From: Vicugna vicugna
Taxonomy: Eukaryota
DNA: 64,000 bases
Direction of reading: 5' to 3'
NCBI GenBank assembly: GCA_013265495.1
Contig: MU058636.1
Span: 6,297,741 to 6,361,740, forward strand
The notes below the pieces were generated by a model, which was given only the letters and a program-made list of their open reading frames with translations, searched no databases and was not told the DNA's origin. Shown here piece after piece: positions 1-12,860 of the stretch. Position 1 is the first letter of the stretch, and each line of letters begins with the position of its first letter. The position numbers and the translations under genes are program-made.

Positions 1-461
1 TCAAACGAGCACATAGGTATAGGGCTGACAACTTGGTCAGAGTCTGCATTTCTGGGGCTCTTGGGAAGACAGTCTACCCTTTCAGAGCGCTGGAATCAGA
101 AGCAGAAATCAATCATCCAGCCCAGCGCGGCGCTGCCTTGTTATATGTGCCTACAGCTTTACCTGTACCCCCAGCAGAACGGCCTTTACCTTCACTGTGG
201 AGCATCACTCAGTAGACTCATAAAGTTAACCCTGAAACCGCCTCCTGAGATAATACAGAAATTTTACTTTCCCTCAAGACCCTTATTTCTGCTAATTCTA
301 TGAGGTCATTTAAAACACGTCTGCCCTGTCCTGGAATTATCTTTTCACATGCGTGTTTCCTGTGACCTAACCAGAATTCTCTCAATTTTCTCATAAACCA
401 ATTTCTTTGATACACTGTTTTCTTCCAAGTTTCTTTTTTCTATTCATTTTTTACTTTCTTC

Positions 462-592
462 TTTTATTCATTATTTCAATAACTGTTTGTTGAGGGCCCA
501 TTGTAAGCCAGAAACCATTTTGGGGCCACAAATGTGGCAGCGAGGAAGTCAGACAAGATCCCTGTTCGCGTGGAGTTCATAGACTCGGGGAT
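462..592 (-). mobile_element. L2 LINE 3' fragment
   Basis: Resembles reverse-strand L2 tail (ttcatt...tgttgag...agacaagatccctg...tggagttcatag); boundaries approximate. Confidence 0.6.
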
Positions 593-599
593 GATGACA

Positions 600-770
600 G
601 CTACAGTTCTCAAACGCTGAACACTTTACACCCATTACCTCCTTTAATTCTCAAATCAGTCTAAGGCAGACATTATTATCCTTATTTTGCAGGTGAGAAG
701 AGTGAAGCCCTGAGCAGTGTGCCCCAGGCCCCCAGCAGTAAGGACTGACTCCCGGGCAGATTCCGCTCTC
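600..770 (-). mobile_element. MIR SINE
   Basis: MIR core in reverse: ttattatccttattttgcaggtgagaagagtgaagccc. Confidence 0.65.
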
Positions 771-2004
771 CATCAGCCTTGCCAGCACACATCTCCATGG
801 CTTTTGTTTATTTTCTCCGAGGCTCCCCAGGAGTTCCCACGTATACTGAACAACCACAGTATTTCTATACGTGATTACTTTCACCACACGATTACCAAAT
901 GGGAAAAACCTGTAACATTCCAGGTTTCCTTCCTCTCTTAATTATGGGCTTAGCAATCAGAGGAACTTTAATATTTAATATCTATGCAAAACACTTAATG
1001 GTTATAAAGTGATGTTCCATCTCTGATGTAAAACCAGGGTTCAAGTGAACGCCAAGCAAAACGACTCTGCTTGCCTGGCACACAGTCAGGCCAGAGGCTG
1101 GAAGAAAGAATGCACTTAAACTCATTACAGGTGACTGCAGAACCATCTCATGCCTCAGCTCTGGTCCCCACTTTGCTTTTTTCTCATGAATTATACAGGC
1201 GACTTAAGTCATCAAGTAAAGGGGGCCTTTCATTGTCAATAGCCCTCCACACCCCCATGATGCAGACAAGTTGATAAACAGGCTACTAATTAAATTAACA
1301 TTTTGCAATGTATGATTCAGTGTCGTTCACTGTAAAAACTAACCTTCCAGACTTTGAATATTTACCTTCTTGCCTGATTGTGCTTTGCCTCCGGTAAGTG
1401 TTGGAGGACCGCCAATATTATTCTCCTCTGATAGGTGACAGATTTCAGGAATTATCAGAGTATATCACCAAGTGATCTTTTATACATTAAAATGAAATAC
1501 CAGGACTGCCTAATAGATGACAACTTGAAACTGAGGGGGAACAATTTCTATTCATAATAAATTATCAGAAAGATCCTTACCTATGAATATTTATAGGGAG
1601 TCACTGATTGTAGCTTGACTTTACAAACCTCTTTTAAAGCGAGCCACCTCAGGGTTCCATGGGGTTCGGGTATTGCTAGTGCCATCACCAGGCACAGGAG
1701 GGAGATTTCGAGGTTTGCAGTTGGGCCCCGGAGCATCACTCAGAGCAACAGAAAAGCAGCCCTCCCCAAGAGGTGATGTCAGACGAAAATGATGACAAGC
1801 CCCGGTGTCACGGGTGATGATGGTATGAGACCAGAGCCAGCAGGTGGGAGGCTGTCAAGGCAGCTCCAGCTAGCGCTGGAGCCAGAACTATGAGGGCCGC
1901 AGTGCTGTGGGGCACGCGTGCCCATGGTGCTGGGATAGCCGTGCGCTGCTCCGATGGCTTTACTTCGGCCTCAAAAGGGAATTTATTTGCTTCTTACCAG
2001 GAAA

Positions 2005-2170
2005 TCTGGTTCAGAATTTTGGTTCTCCACCTAAGTAGCTGGGCGGCCTTCAGCTAATAAATTAACCTCTCTGAGTCTGATTCCTACCACCTACCTGGCA
2101 GGGCGAAAATAAAATGTTACTCAGTGTCTGGACCATAGAGGTACACACTTGTAGCTTTTATTATTCACTT
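2005..2170 (+). mobile_element. MIR SINE (degenerate)
   Basis: ctggttcagaat...ccacctaagtagctgggcggccttcag...attaacctctctgagtct, ending in an (ATT)n-rich tail. Confidence 0.55.
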
Positions 2171-2224
2171 ATAATTTATTATTATTATTATTATTATTGC
2201 TGCTAATATTTATTTTCTGGGGTG

Positions 2225-2608
2225 ACATAGTTTATATGATTTTTCCCAATTACTCTCTTCCCTCCCTTTGGGAGGATTCTATTTCTTTGCCTTGCTTGAC
2301 ATCAGGCTTGGTCATTGAATTCTTTTAGCAATGAGATGTAAGACAAAGCGATGCCTGCCCCTTTAGAGCAGAACCTTGTGAAGCCATCATGCAGCATTTC
2401 CACTGCTTTTTTTCTACCGTCACAAGACTGGCACATCCCAAAGGGCCAAGTCTCTCAGCTTGCATCCTGAAATGAAGAGAACACGGAAAGCTGAGCCATG
2501 GTTGGCCTGTACCTGACGTGTAAAGTGCATTAGAACTAAACTTGTCGCGTGGGAGTCACCAACAGTTCTTTGTAACTGCAGCCCAAGCAAGCAGAACTGA
2601 CCAACACA
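2225..2608 (+). mobile_element. MaLR LTR (MLT1H/I-like)
   Basis: MLT1 motifs: caggcttggtcat, gcaatgagatgtaag, 3' end ttgtaactgcagc...ctgaccaacaca. Confidence 0.65.
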
Positions 2609-3594
2609 TGGAGTTTCCAGGGTCGGGCTGGCCAATCTGACAGTGGCAAAGTTCTCAGCTGTGGCCCCACCTGCCTTTAGATGTTCTTCTCCAATCTTCC
2701 CAGATTGCTTTTATTTCTTAATCTCTTCTCATCAACCCCACCACAAGCCACCCCACACTGAAACCAGGAGCCATCCAATGTTTGTATAGAACATCTAACT
2801 GGAACATCATTGGGTGCAGAAATGAAGTGATACTAAGAATTCTTAAGATAAATTGTTGAGAAAACAATGACTACGATACAGAAGGAACCCTAAGAAACAT
2901 CTTTGGCCAAGTGTAGGGGAGCAGAAAAGTAGGCATTTTCTTCCAGTGAGAAATCTGAAAAGTCATGTGCTTGAGCTCTCATTGCCATAGGCACTGCGGA
3001 GAATCCCAACATGATTCAGATACACATACACCCTGTCCTCCATGAGGCTATGGTGAAGGAAGACAAGATACTGCACAAAGAGCCACAGTTCAGCGTGAAT
3101 GTGATAAATCCCACAGAGAGGTACGAACTGCTACAACCTTCTGGGAGGTCACAGGGAGCAAGAAAAGGAGTCTGGCTGGGGTCAGAGGAAGCTCATCGAA
3201 GTAGCTGATCTTTGACTTGTGCCCCTGCAGGCTAGATCACACCTGAAAGGGCAGATGTTGAGATGGGAAGCACTATGCATGGGAAGAGGTTGGGGAAAAC
3301 AACAGAATAAAAGTAGAAAATTAAAATTGTCTTTAGGGAATGGTGAGCAATTCAGTTTGATTGAAGCTAAGGGTTCATGAGGAAGTCGTGGGAAGCAAGG
3401 CTATAGTTCAGCTGGTTTGGTTCCGAGTTTGAGAGGACTGATAAACTAGGAAGGGGTGAAGACTTTTTTGGAAAGACATTCCATGTCTTTGAACAGACAC
3501 TGACTGACCAGAACTACATTTATTCCAGTTCCTGCATAAACAAAAGAGAACTGAATGCCCAGGCTAAAGAGTGAAAATTAGAACGAAAGATGGA

Positions 3595-4695
3595 GATTTT
3601 CTGTTCAAGATGGTGGCCCGTGTTCCACTCCCTTTCCTCTCAAAGAAATACAAAAGCAACAGATCCATAATCACTGAGAATGAGAGTGAGTCAATCAACC
3701 AGCCAGAGAGTTTGGGAAATTTTCAAAAGTTCTTAAAATTTCAGAAATTTAATGAGGCCACATTTGTGGATAAGAAAACAATGCAGAAAGTCCCCACAGA
3801 ACATCAAAAATATAGATACTTTTGGGGCACACATAGAGCTTAGTGGTAGGGCACATGCTTAGTATGCACGAGGTCCTGGGTTCAATCTCCAGGACCTCCA
3901 TTTTATATATATAGACACTATATATAGACACTCTTCATGGTAAGCTCAGGGGATGCTCAAAGCTCCAAACTGGCAAGTGAGAGAATGGGAATGAAAAGTA
4001 AGGGGAAAATCTGGTGGTAATTGAAGGTCTGACTGTGAAACAGCCCTACCAGGAGTCCTTCTCCCCACTGCTTTCTCAGGTCCCTGCCAACAGTGGTATT
4101 TACCCCCAGGCTAAAACTGAGAAATTGCTCCTTAAAAAAATTATAATCCACCAATGGTGGGCTGGGGGTACTAGCTTGTGGGTTGTTCAGACCCCCTTAA
4201 TCTGACAGTGTGAAAGTACTCCTTCTCCAGGGGAGTGTGTGAAGCCATATTTCTTCTCCTAATGGGTGTCTGGAGATACCACCTAAAGTTGATGGATGAA
4301 TAGAGGGGAGAGAGTATTGTTTAGAAGTATAGAGGTCACCAAAACAAGATCCAAAATTTATAAATATAAATAACAAAACATGGGAATTGAGAGGAGAAAG
4401 AAAGAGAAGCTTACGTATGTTGAATCCTTCATCTTTCATAATGGGAAGTTACATTTAATTTTTTTTTAACTACAGCAAGTGCTATTGCTGTAACCAGCTG
4501 ATTTAGATAGAATGAAGCATCCACTGAAGAACCAAAAAAGACAAGGGTAAAAGCTGTGCCTTCTGAGCAATGAAACTTGGGTCTGGGGGGGATCTGTGAG
4601 GATTGGGGGAGACATTTTTATGTTACTTTATGTCCTTCTATTCTGTCTGAGTATTTTTAGCCATGGACAAATAATTTCTGTTGAAATTTAAAAAT
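3595..4695 (+). mobile_element. ancient L1/HAL1-like fragments, interrupted by a SINE
   Basis: L1-type 5' motif ttcaagatggtgg at ~3605; L1ME/HAL1-like 3' UTR at ~4330-4695; highly diverged. Confidence 0.4.
3824..3921 (+). mobile_element. tRNA-Ala-derived SINE (camelid Vic-1-like)
   Basis: A box (agcttagtggtag), anticodon arm catgcttagtatg, B box gggttcaatctcc; imperfect TSD atatagatactttt (3810-3823) / atatagacactctt (3922-3935). Confidence 0.85.
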
Positions 4696-7004
4696 AGAAA
4701 GAGAGATCATTTGAATTTTACTCAATGCCCAGATGACAAGCATTACTAATTAATTCTTTGTTGACCCCAAGAATTCTTAGGAAAACTACAAGTACTACAA
4801 GCTGCTGTGGATTTCTCTTCCTTCTCATTTTAATGGCTTGGCAATAGCAGGTCTTTTTTGTTTCTCTGCCTTATGTGGTTTTCTTCTCTTAGAAATTAAA
4901 AAAGTGTTTCCTGTCTGCTGTATGAGCCTTACACTTGGACTTACACATGCTCATTTATTATCAATATCTCATTTTACAGTTCCCAGGAACAACCGTGCCC
5001 AACACAGCACCACGTGCGCTTTAGTTATCATTGGACCAGTCTTCGGGAATCTGAAGAAGAAAATAACAGATATTCAGTGTTAAACATGTAGTTGTATGTA
5101 AAAGTTACTATAGAATATACCTAAAAATAAAAAATAGTTTAATTTAGACATACCTAATTGCTTCAATTTTCCCTAGTCTGCTTGACTGTACACTGCAATT
5201 TGCATAAGAGGGCTATGAGGAAAGATTTAAATGAAGTTATTTTCCTAATAAGATTTCAGGTAGGCAGATGTTTGCCCCAAGGAGCTGTTCAAACAACAGA
5301 ACTTACGGAAGAACATTGTGAGAGCCGGAAAAAGAGTACGTCTTCAGCTACCACATTTTTGTGTCATTTTTAAGACAGATCATGGTCCCTTTGAATTTCC
5401 AATGTATAATTTTTGAATTGGTGAAATTAACCTTTGTCCAATGATAAGTTTTTCACAGAAGAGACCTGGAAAACTCTAAATGTTTATCCTGAAAATTCTC
5501 CTGAGAATATCATAGCTTTAAAAAATGTTAATTTATACAGAAGTGAACCACTCTATTAGGCTCACACTCAGAAGTCTTCCCTGACAAGAGCCGCCTACCA
5601 TCTGTTAAGTCAACTATTTCCATTTCCAGTGATCCCAAGTTCATCATTTTAGTTGCTGAGATTGAAATTCTCAGTCAGTCATAAATATCATCTGTTCGAT
5701 GCCCCTGTCCTCCTCCTGTGTTCACTTAGGTCTTGATTTTTTTTCCCTTCTTTTTTAATCAACAAGTTTGAAAGCCACAGAAAGGATGGGTAAACAATTT
5801 CATTTTCATAGCTGATGGCTCTGAAACAATCTATTGCTCAAGTCTGATGGTCCAGAAGGCTGCTCTTTTCCTGCTCTCTAGAAAGAAACAGATGACAAGT
5901 AGAACTGCAAATGCATAATCCAGGGAGGACTGAAGGAAGACCTGTGATTCTCTTGTGCTTCTCTGGATCAAGAGTCACTTCAGACCTGCCTAGAGTCACT
6001 TCCTCAATTCTAGAATCTCTGACAATGTCAAAGAACCCATAAAAATTGAGCAGGTAGTTATTGCAGCAGTTAACAATTTAATTGTCACTGCCTGGTCTAG
6101 GATTTTAAAATTCAGAAAGTCTCCAACAAAGTCCTAAAGAGTTGGTCACCCTAGCTAATCTCTCATGGCTCTTCATGGCCCTTTTGTTCTTTTACCTTCA
6201 TCAGGGAAGCCTAACAGTTGAGTTGAAGACCTCGTTCTTGTAAGATTCATTCACCATGTGCAGTGTCACAGAGCTCTGTGGAAGGACTAGAGAGGGCATT
6301 TGGTCCAGCCCTGTGACTTCAGATAGATGAGGTAAAGGTTCACTTTGAAGAAGCTGTCTCTTAGGAAGCCCTCCGTGCATGGTGTCGAGTTGGATCCAAT
6401 GCCTTTCTTTTCCACCCCAAGAACCCAGGGCCTACCTTTGTCCTCTCACTTAGATCACAACCATAATAACTGCCTCCTTGCCTGACTCTCCAACCAAACT
6501 TTATATTCTTTGAAGTCAGAAATTCCAATCTTCTTTGTACCCATGTTGTATGCCTGGTTTTGGCTTTCAATAAATTTGCTCATCCTATAATGACAGAAGT
6601 CACAGGAGTGCCATCTCTATAGGTGTACGCAGACCTGCGTAGCAGGCCCAGAGCACCAGACCCTGACACATGCCTCTAAATGGACAGATAAGAGGAGTGA
6701 CTCCTTTTCTTACTTGTGTAAGTTTCCACCTGTCCAATAAAACCGACTTTTCGATCTATGATCTGCACCGCAGTGAAATTCATCATACCCCATTTCAAGG
6801 CAAGACCAGACAATTGGTAAACCAGATGTGACCGCCCCTTGACCTTTTACACAAAGTTACACATTTCATATCTCTCATACTGCAAGTTCATATTGAAAAG
6901 TATTTTTTTTCAGTCCCGCATGGCCTTTTATTAACTATTTAATACCTCCTGCTCCGTAGATGTAGAGTGTAGGATCCTAAAACGCAGGTACCCGATACTC
7001 TCTG

Positions 7005-7220
7005 AGGAGGCGAGGTACCATGGGCTCAGGGTCAGACAAGCCTGGGCTCGAGTCCTCGATCCACTACTATTTAGTCATAGGAACCTCTCTGAATCAATCT
7101 CCCTTTCTGTAAAATGGGAATAATAAGAGCACTCATTTCATAAGCCATGTGAAAATCAGAGGGGCTGAGCCATAGTAACTGACACAGTGCCTGGTGTGTG
7201 CTGAGCCCTCATTAAGACTG
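7005..7220 (+). mobile_element. MIR SINE
   Basis: gtcagacaagcctgggctcgagtcc...ctgtaaaatgggaataataa...acagtgcctgg. Confidence 0.75.
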
Positions 7221-7656
7221 GTGCTGAATCATCACTCGTGCATCCAGTCAGTTTCTACCTTGACCTAAGACTCTTTGCCCCTCTTGAGGACACGGCCCAG
7301 GGAGGGTGACTCTCAAACTTGTTTGCTATTGATGATTATGCCAGTTCTCTGCTGCGATGTTATCTCATACTCCTGTTCTTCATTTGTTGTTCTTTTTAAG
7401 CACGGCTGGCATTTTATTGTTTCCTCAATGAACACTCCAAACATTTCATTTCTTAACAATTCTTTGTCTCAGTTTGTTTCCTGAGAGCAGGAGCCAGACT
7501 TTACTAAGCTCTGTGCCAATGAGCAACAAATCAAAAATGTTTTATCAGTATCATCATCTTCACCATAAAATCATCACTATATTTAATAAGAGGACTGTCT
7601 TTTCCTTTTTCTCTTAATGTTTTTATTCCTTTTTATTATAGAAGTATGAATGTATT

Positions 7657-8445
7657 AGACAAGCGATAACAAGTGCTGGAGAAAATGTAGAGAAAAGGGA
7701 ACCCACGTACACTGTTGCTGGGAATGTAAATTAGTGCAGCCACTATGGAAAACAGTATGGAGGGTCTTCAACAAATTAAAAATAGAGCTGCCATATGATC
7801 TAGCAATCCCACTTCTGTGTCTATATTTAAAGGAAATGAAAGCACGCTCTCCAGTAGATATCTGCACCCCCATGTTCTGAAACATTATTCACAGTAGTTA
7901 AGATATGGAAACAATCTAAATGTCTGTCAGCAGATGAACAGATAAAGAATGTGTGCTGTCTATATATACAATGGGATATTATTCATCCATGAGAAAGAAG
8001 GAAATCCTGCCATTTGTGACAAATTGGATAAAACTTGGACATTATGCTAAGTGAACTAAGTCAAACAAAGACAAATACTGTATGATATCACTTAAATGCA
8101 GAAGCTAAAAAAAAAAAAATAAACTCATGGAAGGAGTGTAGAGTAGTGATTACCAAGGGCTGGAGGGTTGGGGGAAAAGGCGAGACATTGGTAAGGGTAT
8201 AAACTTCCAGTTACCAGATTAACACGTTCTGGAGATACAATGTATTACATACTTGAAAGTTGCTATGAGAACAGATATTAAATATTCTCAGCACAAAAAA
8301 GAAATAATTATGCAAGGGGATGAGATATTAGCTAATGCTATTGTGTTAATCATTTTGCAGCATGTAACTGAATCAAATCAACACATTTTAAATCTTCAAC
8401 TTACTCACTTTTATATGTCATTTACATCTCAATAATGCTGGAAAC
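7657..8445 (+). mobile_element. L1 3' fragment (ORF2 end + 3' UTR, L1MA/MB-like)
   Basis: Typical L1 ORF2 C-terminal DNA (aacaagtgctggagaaaatgtagagaaaagggaaccc...gcagccactatggaaaacagtatgg), ending ...catctcaataatgctggaaa. Confidence 0.9.
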
Positions 8446-8955
8446 ATATGAATGTATTGTTGAAGCCAGTCAAATTATTCTAGAATGCATAAAGAAAAAT
8501 TAACTGTTCATTTCTCCCATTCATTCCCATCCCCACTCCTGACGTGAGGTACCCCATATTAATAATGTATCTTTCCATAGCTTTATATTGCCCTACACAG
8601 ACATATTTATGCAAATATATATAGAGATGGACAAATGTGATGCTGCTTTTCTTTCTGCTCTTGCTAATTTTGTTGCTTTTATCAAAACTGGATATTATAC
8701 ACATTTTTTACAGTTGTCTTTTCTTACATAATATAAGATAGATATTATTTTTAATAACTAGATAATCTATAGAATGGATGTACTATATTTATTTGAATTT
8801 CTCATTATTAACACATTAAGATTATTGCCAATTTCTATTTCACTATAAACAATTCTGTAGTAAATAGCCCCGTACCTACATCTTTTATGCACTAGGACTC
8901 ATTCCTACAGCACATGGTCCCAGGAGTGGGACTGCAGGTCAAAGGTCATGTACAA

Positions 8956-9146
8956 TAGGGGAGAATTTGCCAGGAAGTTAAAGAAGTGTCAGCTTCAAAA
9001 GTCCTGGTTACTCAAGCCTCTTAAATGACCTTAGACTTAAATTTTTATTCGTGATTTTCTGTGATTTTTCTTGAAGAATGAAAACTAAAATGAAAGAAGC
9101 TAATGAAGTTTAATCTTTGGGCCCCATGAAACCCAGAACCTCCCTA
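8956..9146. mobile_element. MER96-like hAT non-autonomous DNA transposon
   Basis: tagggg...tcccta ends; gaagctaatgaag and gggccccatgaaacccagaacc motifs. Confidence 0.55.
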
Positions 9147-9479
9147 AGTTTGTATATATTTAGTTTTAACAAATATATTTAGTTTAAACAAATACCAAAA
9201 TCTAGCAGCAATTCACACATCTCCACCAGGTAGGAGAGAGCCCAACGGCTCACATACTGACAGCTCTGGATGTTTCTGCATTTCAACCATCTTGCCACAA
9301 TTTGATGGGTAAACATATGGTATCTTTCACTGTATATTCCCTTTACTTCTGTTAAGTTTAAGCATTTGCCATATGTTTACTAGCCATTTAGATTTCTTCT
9401 CTGAATTTCATAGCCATGCTTCCATTGGATTTTAATCTTTCCCTCATCAGTTTACAGAAACTCTTCATATGGTGTGATC

Positions 9480-10055
9480 CTTCCATTCAAACAAGACTGG
9501 GAATCTCCACTACCCAGGGCAGCTCGGTGGGCTGGGGACAGAGCAGTGATCAAAACCCCTGACCTCACAAAATGTACTTCCTATCGGAGAGGCAGACTCA
9601 AAGCAAACAAACAAGAGTAAAGGGTATATGTCAAAGTGCTACAGAGAAAATAAAGCAGAGAAAAAAAGCGTCCACGTGGGAGGGGTCTGATTTTTCATGC
9701 AGGTTTCTCAGGAAGGACTCACTGCTAGCAGGACACCAGAGCGGAGGCCTTCAGGTGGGGCCAAGGGAATACCTGTGGGAAGAGCATCTGAGGAGAGGGA
9801 CCGTCATGAGCAGAGGCCTGGGGTGTCCGTGGAACGGCAAGGAGGCCGGTGCGGCTGGGGCCCCGTGAGCAGGGGCAGGGCCCAGAGAGGCAGGGGATGA
9901 AGGCAGGAAGGAGCTGCCTGACGGTGACACTGGACCTCCTCAGCCACAGTAATGGCTCCGGCTGTTACTTAGCGAAACGGCAAGCCAGTGAGGGTTTTCA
10001 TCAGAAGAGTGACATGATTTAATTCTAAAGATCTCTCTGCTGCTGGATAGCAAAT
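9480..10055 (-). mobile_element. L2 LINE 3' fragment
   Basis: ctggggacagagcagtgatcaaaacccctgacctcac...tacctgtgggaagagcat...gaagagtgacatgattt. Confidence 0.7.
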
Positions 10056-12204
10056 ACACCAGAAGTCGTGTCATCCATCACAGCTGTATCTGTTGCAAAT
10101 ATTCTCCCCTGTCTACTGTTTGTCCTTGGAATTTATGCTAGATTCAACTGAGTATGAAAAAATAAAAATGTTACGTAATTAAATGTGTTTTTATTTCTTC
10201 TTCTCTTGCTTAGAAAAGACTCTTCAAAATGAAAGTTGTAGAAAATTCTTAATTGTCTTTACTATTTTTGAGTATCTTCTCTATTATTTAAACTAAAGAT
10301 ACAAGTGTTGGAGATTCAGAATCTAATCTGACACCACAAAATACTGTCCCCTTTCTCTGTGTCAGATGGTTTGGAATCACACTAAGGTACATATTTACCT
10401 CTTTGTTTAATTGTTTGGACCTTCTGGGACATAAAACTATTTTATTTTTCAGGAAAGGAAGAGATAAAGTAAGAAATCTCTGACTCAGCACGAAATGTGT
10501 ATGAGAATAAAATCTTGCATGTAAGAATATAGATTTCTTCTCTTTTCAGGACTGTGAGTGAATATATAAAGATAAATATATCAAAACCTGTGGTTTTTAA
10601 GAGATCAAATTGTCCATATATGCCAAAAAAAGTGAATTAAAAGAGTACAAATATTTGGAAAAACAGGACAGAAAAGCTTGTTTATCACATGAACAACAAT
10701 ACAATAGCAAAAAAATCTTAGAATTGGATTCTGTAGTTACTCTTTCAATTATGTATATAAATTTAACTTTGTAGTGACAGTATTAAAATTAATGCTTCAA
10801 TATGAATCTGAAATTTACATATAAATAAATACTGAATATACAGAGCTATAGTCATAACAAATATGATTATAGGATTTATTATTCTGATTTATTTATTCAA
10901 AAAAAGTGTGAACACCAGAAATTAGACAACTCCTATCATTTTGCATTTCACTGACCTATTTTCTTACCTTTAATATTCACACACCGTGCTAAAACTTTGG
11001 CTGTAGAACTCACTAAATTTCAGGGTGACCCAGTTCTTCTAGGTTCATGTAGACAGAGTCTAAATCATAGGAGCTACAGCAGCAGGTGTAACTCTGGTCA
11101 GTGTCCTCACTGATAGAAGGGAATAGGTCTGGATCGTAAAGTAAAGCATGAGCCCTGCTCTCTCGTCTCAGCTTGAACAGAGATGACAGCTGTCCAGTGA
11201 AATAGAGGGGGTAGGTAGGGCATGCACCTGCCCTGTGGTCCCTTCCCAGGGCTGAATATCCTCCTCCTGAGTAGCTCCTGGACACAACCAAATTGAAATT
11301 TCTACAACATTATTGCCTTTTGTTACATTTTCTTTTCAGCTCCACCTTCCACATATCACTGCTCCTCCCAGTAACCTTTGGCTGCTAGCTCAAGGGATGT
11401 CAGAACCGCGCCATCAGCCAAGGGGATCCTATTAGGGGCATGGCAGAGTGAACCACGGCCTCTGCCACCATAAAAGGTGTGAACGAAAACTTATGGGGAA
11501 AGAGGATCGCATTTCCTTCCAGTCACAGCTTATGGGGCAAGCTATGAAAGCTGCTTACCACCAGAAGTTTCATAGATGCCCAGAGGTGTGTTCTCACCTT
11601 CGTACAGGGCTGTGGTCTGCTCTCGGGCCGACCCCCTGTTAGTGCTCACCCCGCGATCACACAAGTGTGTCCTTCTATAGTTAAGCCCTGAGGCCATTTG
11701 GATTTCTTTTCTTTCCCCTTGTCCTGGGTCAGGACTCAGTCTGCTTTTCTCTTCACTTTGTAACTGACACTGGGCACCCCCCCACCCCCGCCCCACCTCC
11801 AACACACACACCCTCCAGGCAATGCAAAGGGCTAAAGTTTCTGCAGCTTCCTCCCTCTTCGCAGCTCCAAAGTCAAGTATACAGGCCCCTTCTTGTTTTT
11901 AGGCTCGTATTCTAATTGCCTTAGAAAAACAATCACTGAGAAATCAGTAGTGTCACAGAATCTTATAAAATGTTTACCCTCTTGGTCCTCAGGCTGTTGG
12001 CCCTCTGCCATCCTATCACAGAAGCTGGAAGGCCAGGTCATCTCCTCTCTCTGCTCTCACATTTGAGCTTCCTGAATGCTCCTCTGTGTTTTCAGGTGAA
12101 GCTATCCCTTTCTCCAAGATCTTCTTTCATGATCTTCCCTTATTCCTTGAAGGCAGAAGTCAACATCCTCTGACCCGCACAGGAAATACACTTCTGTGCA
12201 TCTC

Positions 12205-12600
12205 CTCACTGCTGTGAATACGGATATACAGTTATGTGTTTGAGTTCCTACTTTTAGTTTGGGGTGTACACCCAGAAGTGGAACTGCTGAATTAAATGGA
12301 AATTCCATGCTAAAATTTTTGAGGTACCTACCACCATACTGTTTCCCACGGTGGCTGAAACATTTTAAGTTCTCGTCAGCAATGCATCATGGTTTCCAAT
12401 TGCTCCACATCCTCACCAATACTGGATATTTTATTATTTTTTTAACTAGCCATCCTAATAAGATAAAGTGGTATCTCACTGTAGTTTTGATTTGTATTTG
12501 CCTAATAATTGTAATGATGAGCATCTTTTCATGTGCTTATTGCCATCTGTATATCTTCTTTGGAGAAATTTCTATTCAAGTTTTTTGCCCACTCAAAATG
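12205..12600 (-). mobile_element. L1 ORF2 3' fragment
   Basis: cccagaagtggaactgctg...ccatactgtttccca...gtggtatctcactgtagttttgatttgtattt; ORF 12102-12308(-) gives L1-like PFNSAVPLLGVHPK. Confidence 0.85.
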
Positions 12601-12611
12601 CTTTTAAATAG

Positions 12612-12860
12612 CAGGTGATATGATCTGATTTGCGTTTCAGAAAGAGTCCTGTGGTGCAGAAAGAACTGCGGCTCAGGGAGCCAGAGCGAATGACGGGATG
12701 CGACCAGAATCGCACTGGTGGTCGGGATGGCTTAGATAGGGTGGACCTGGGATGTGTGAAGAGGGTAAGATGAACAGGATGTAGAGTGTGGTGAATGAGG
12801 GAGGAGGAGGAGTCAAGGCCCGTCCTGCTGTAGCTGGGCTCCAGGCAGCAGGCCTGGGAA
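12612..12860 (-). mobile_element. L2 fragment
   Basis: gtgatatgatctgatttgcgttt...ggaggagtcaagg L2 motifs. Confidence 0.55.

Larger units (their letters stand above)
8490..10250 (-). mobile_element. ancient L1 (L1ME-like), interrupted by MER96-like and L2 elements
   Basis: Reverse L1 motifs (atagaatggatgtactata, cccaggagtgggactgcaggtcaaagg, catatgtttactagccattt, gttgcaaatattctcccc) in collinear order across two insertions. Confidence 0.6.

Noticed and set aside
1789..1822. Two RTGATGA box C motifs (C/D snoRNA?)
   Set aside because: No box D (CTGA) at a suitable distance and no terminal stem.
3824..3900. tRNA-Ala gene (also 14075-14144 and 31845-31920)
   Set aside because: Mutated stems or anticodon arm, tails and (for 3824 and 31783) TSDs indicate SINE retrocopies, not functional tRNAs.
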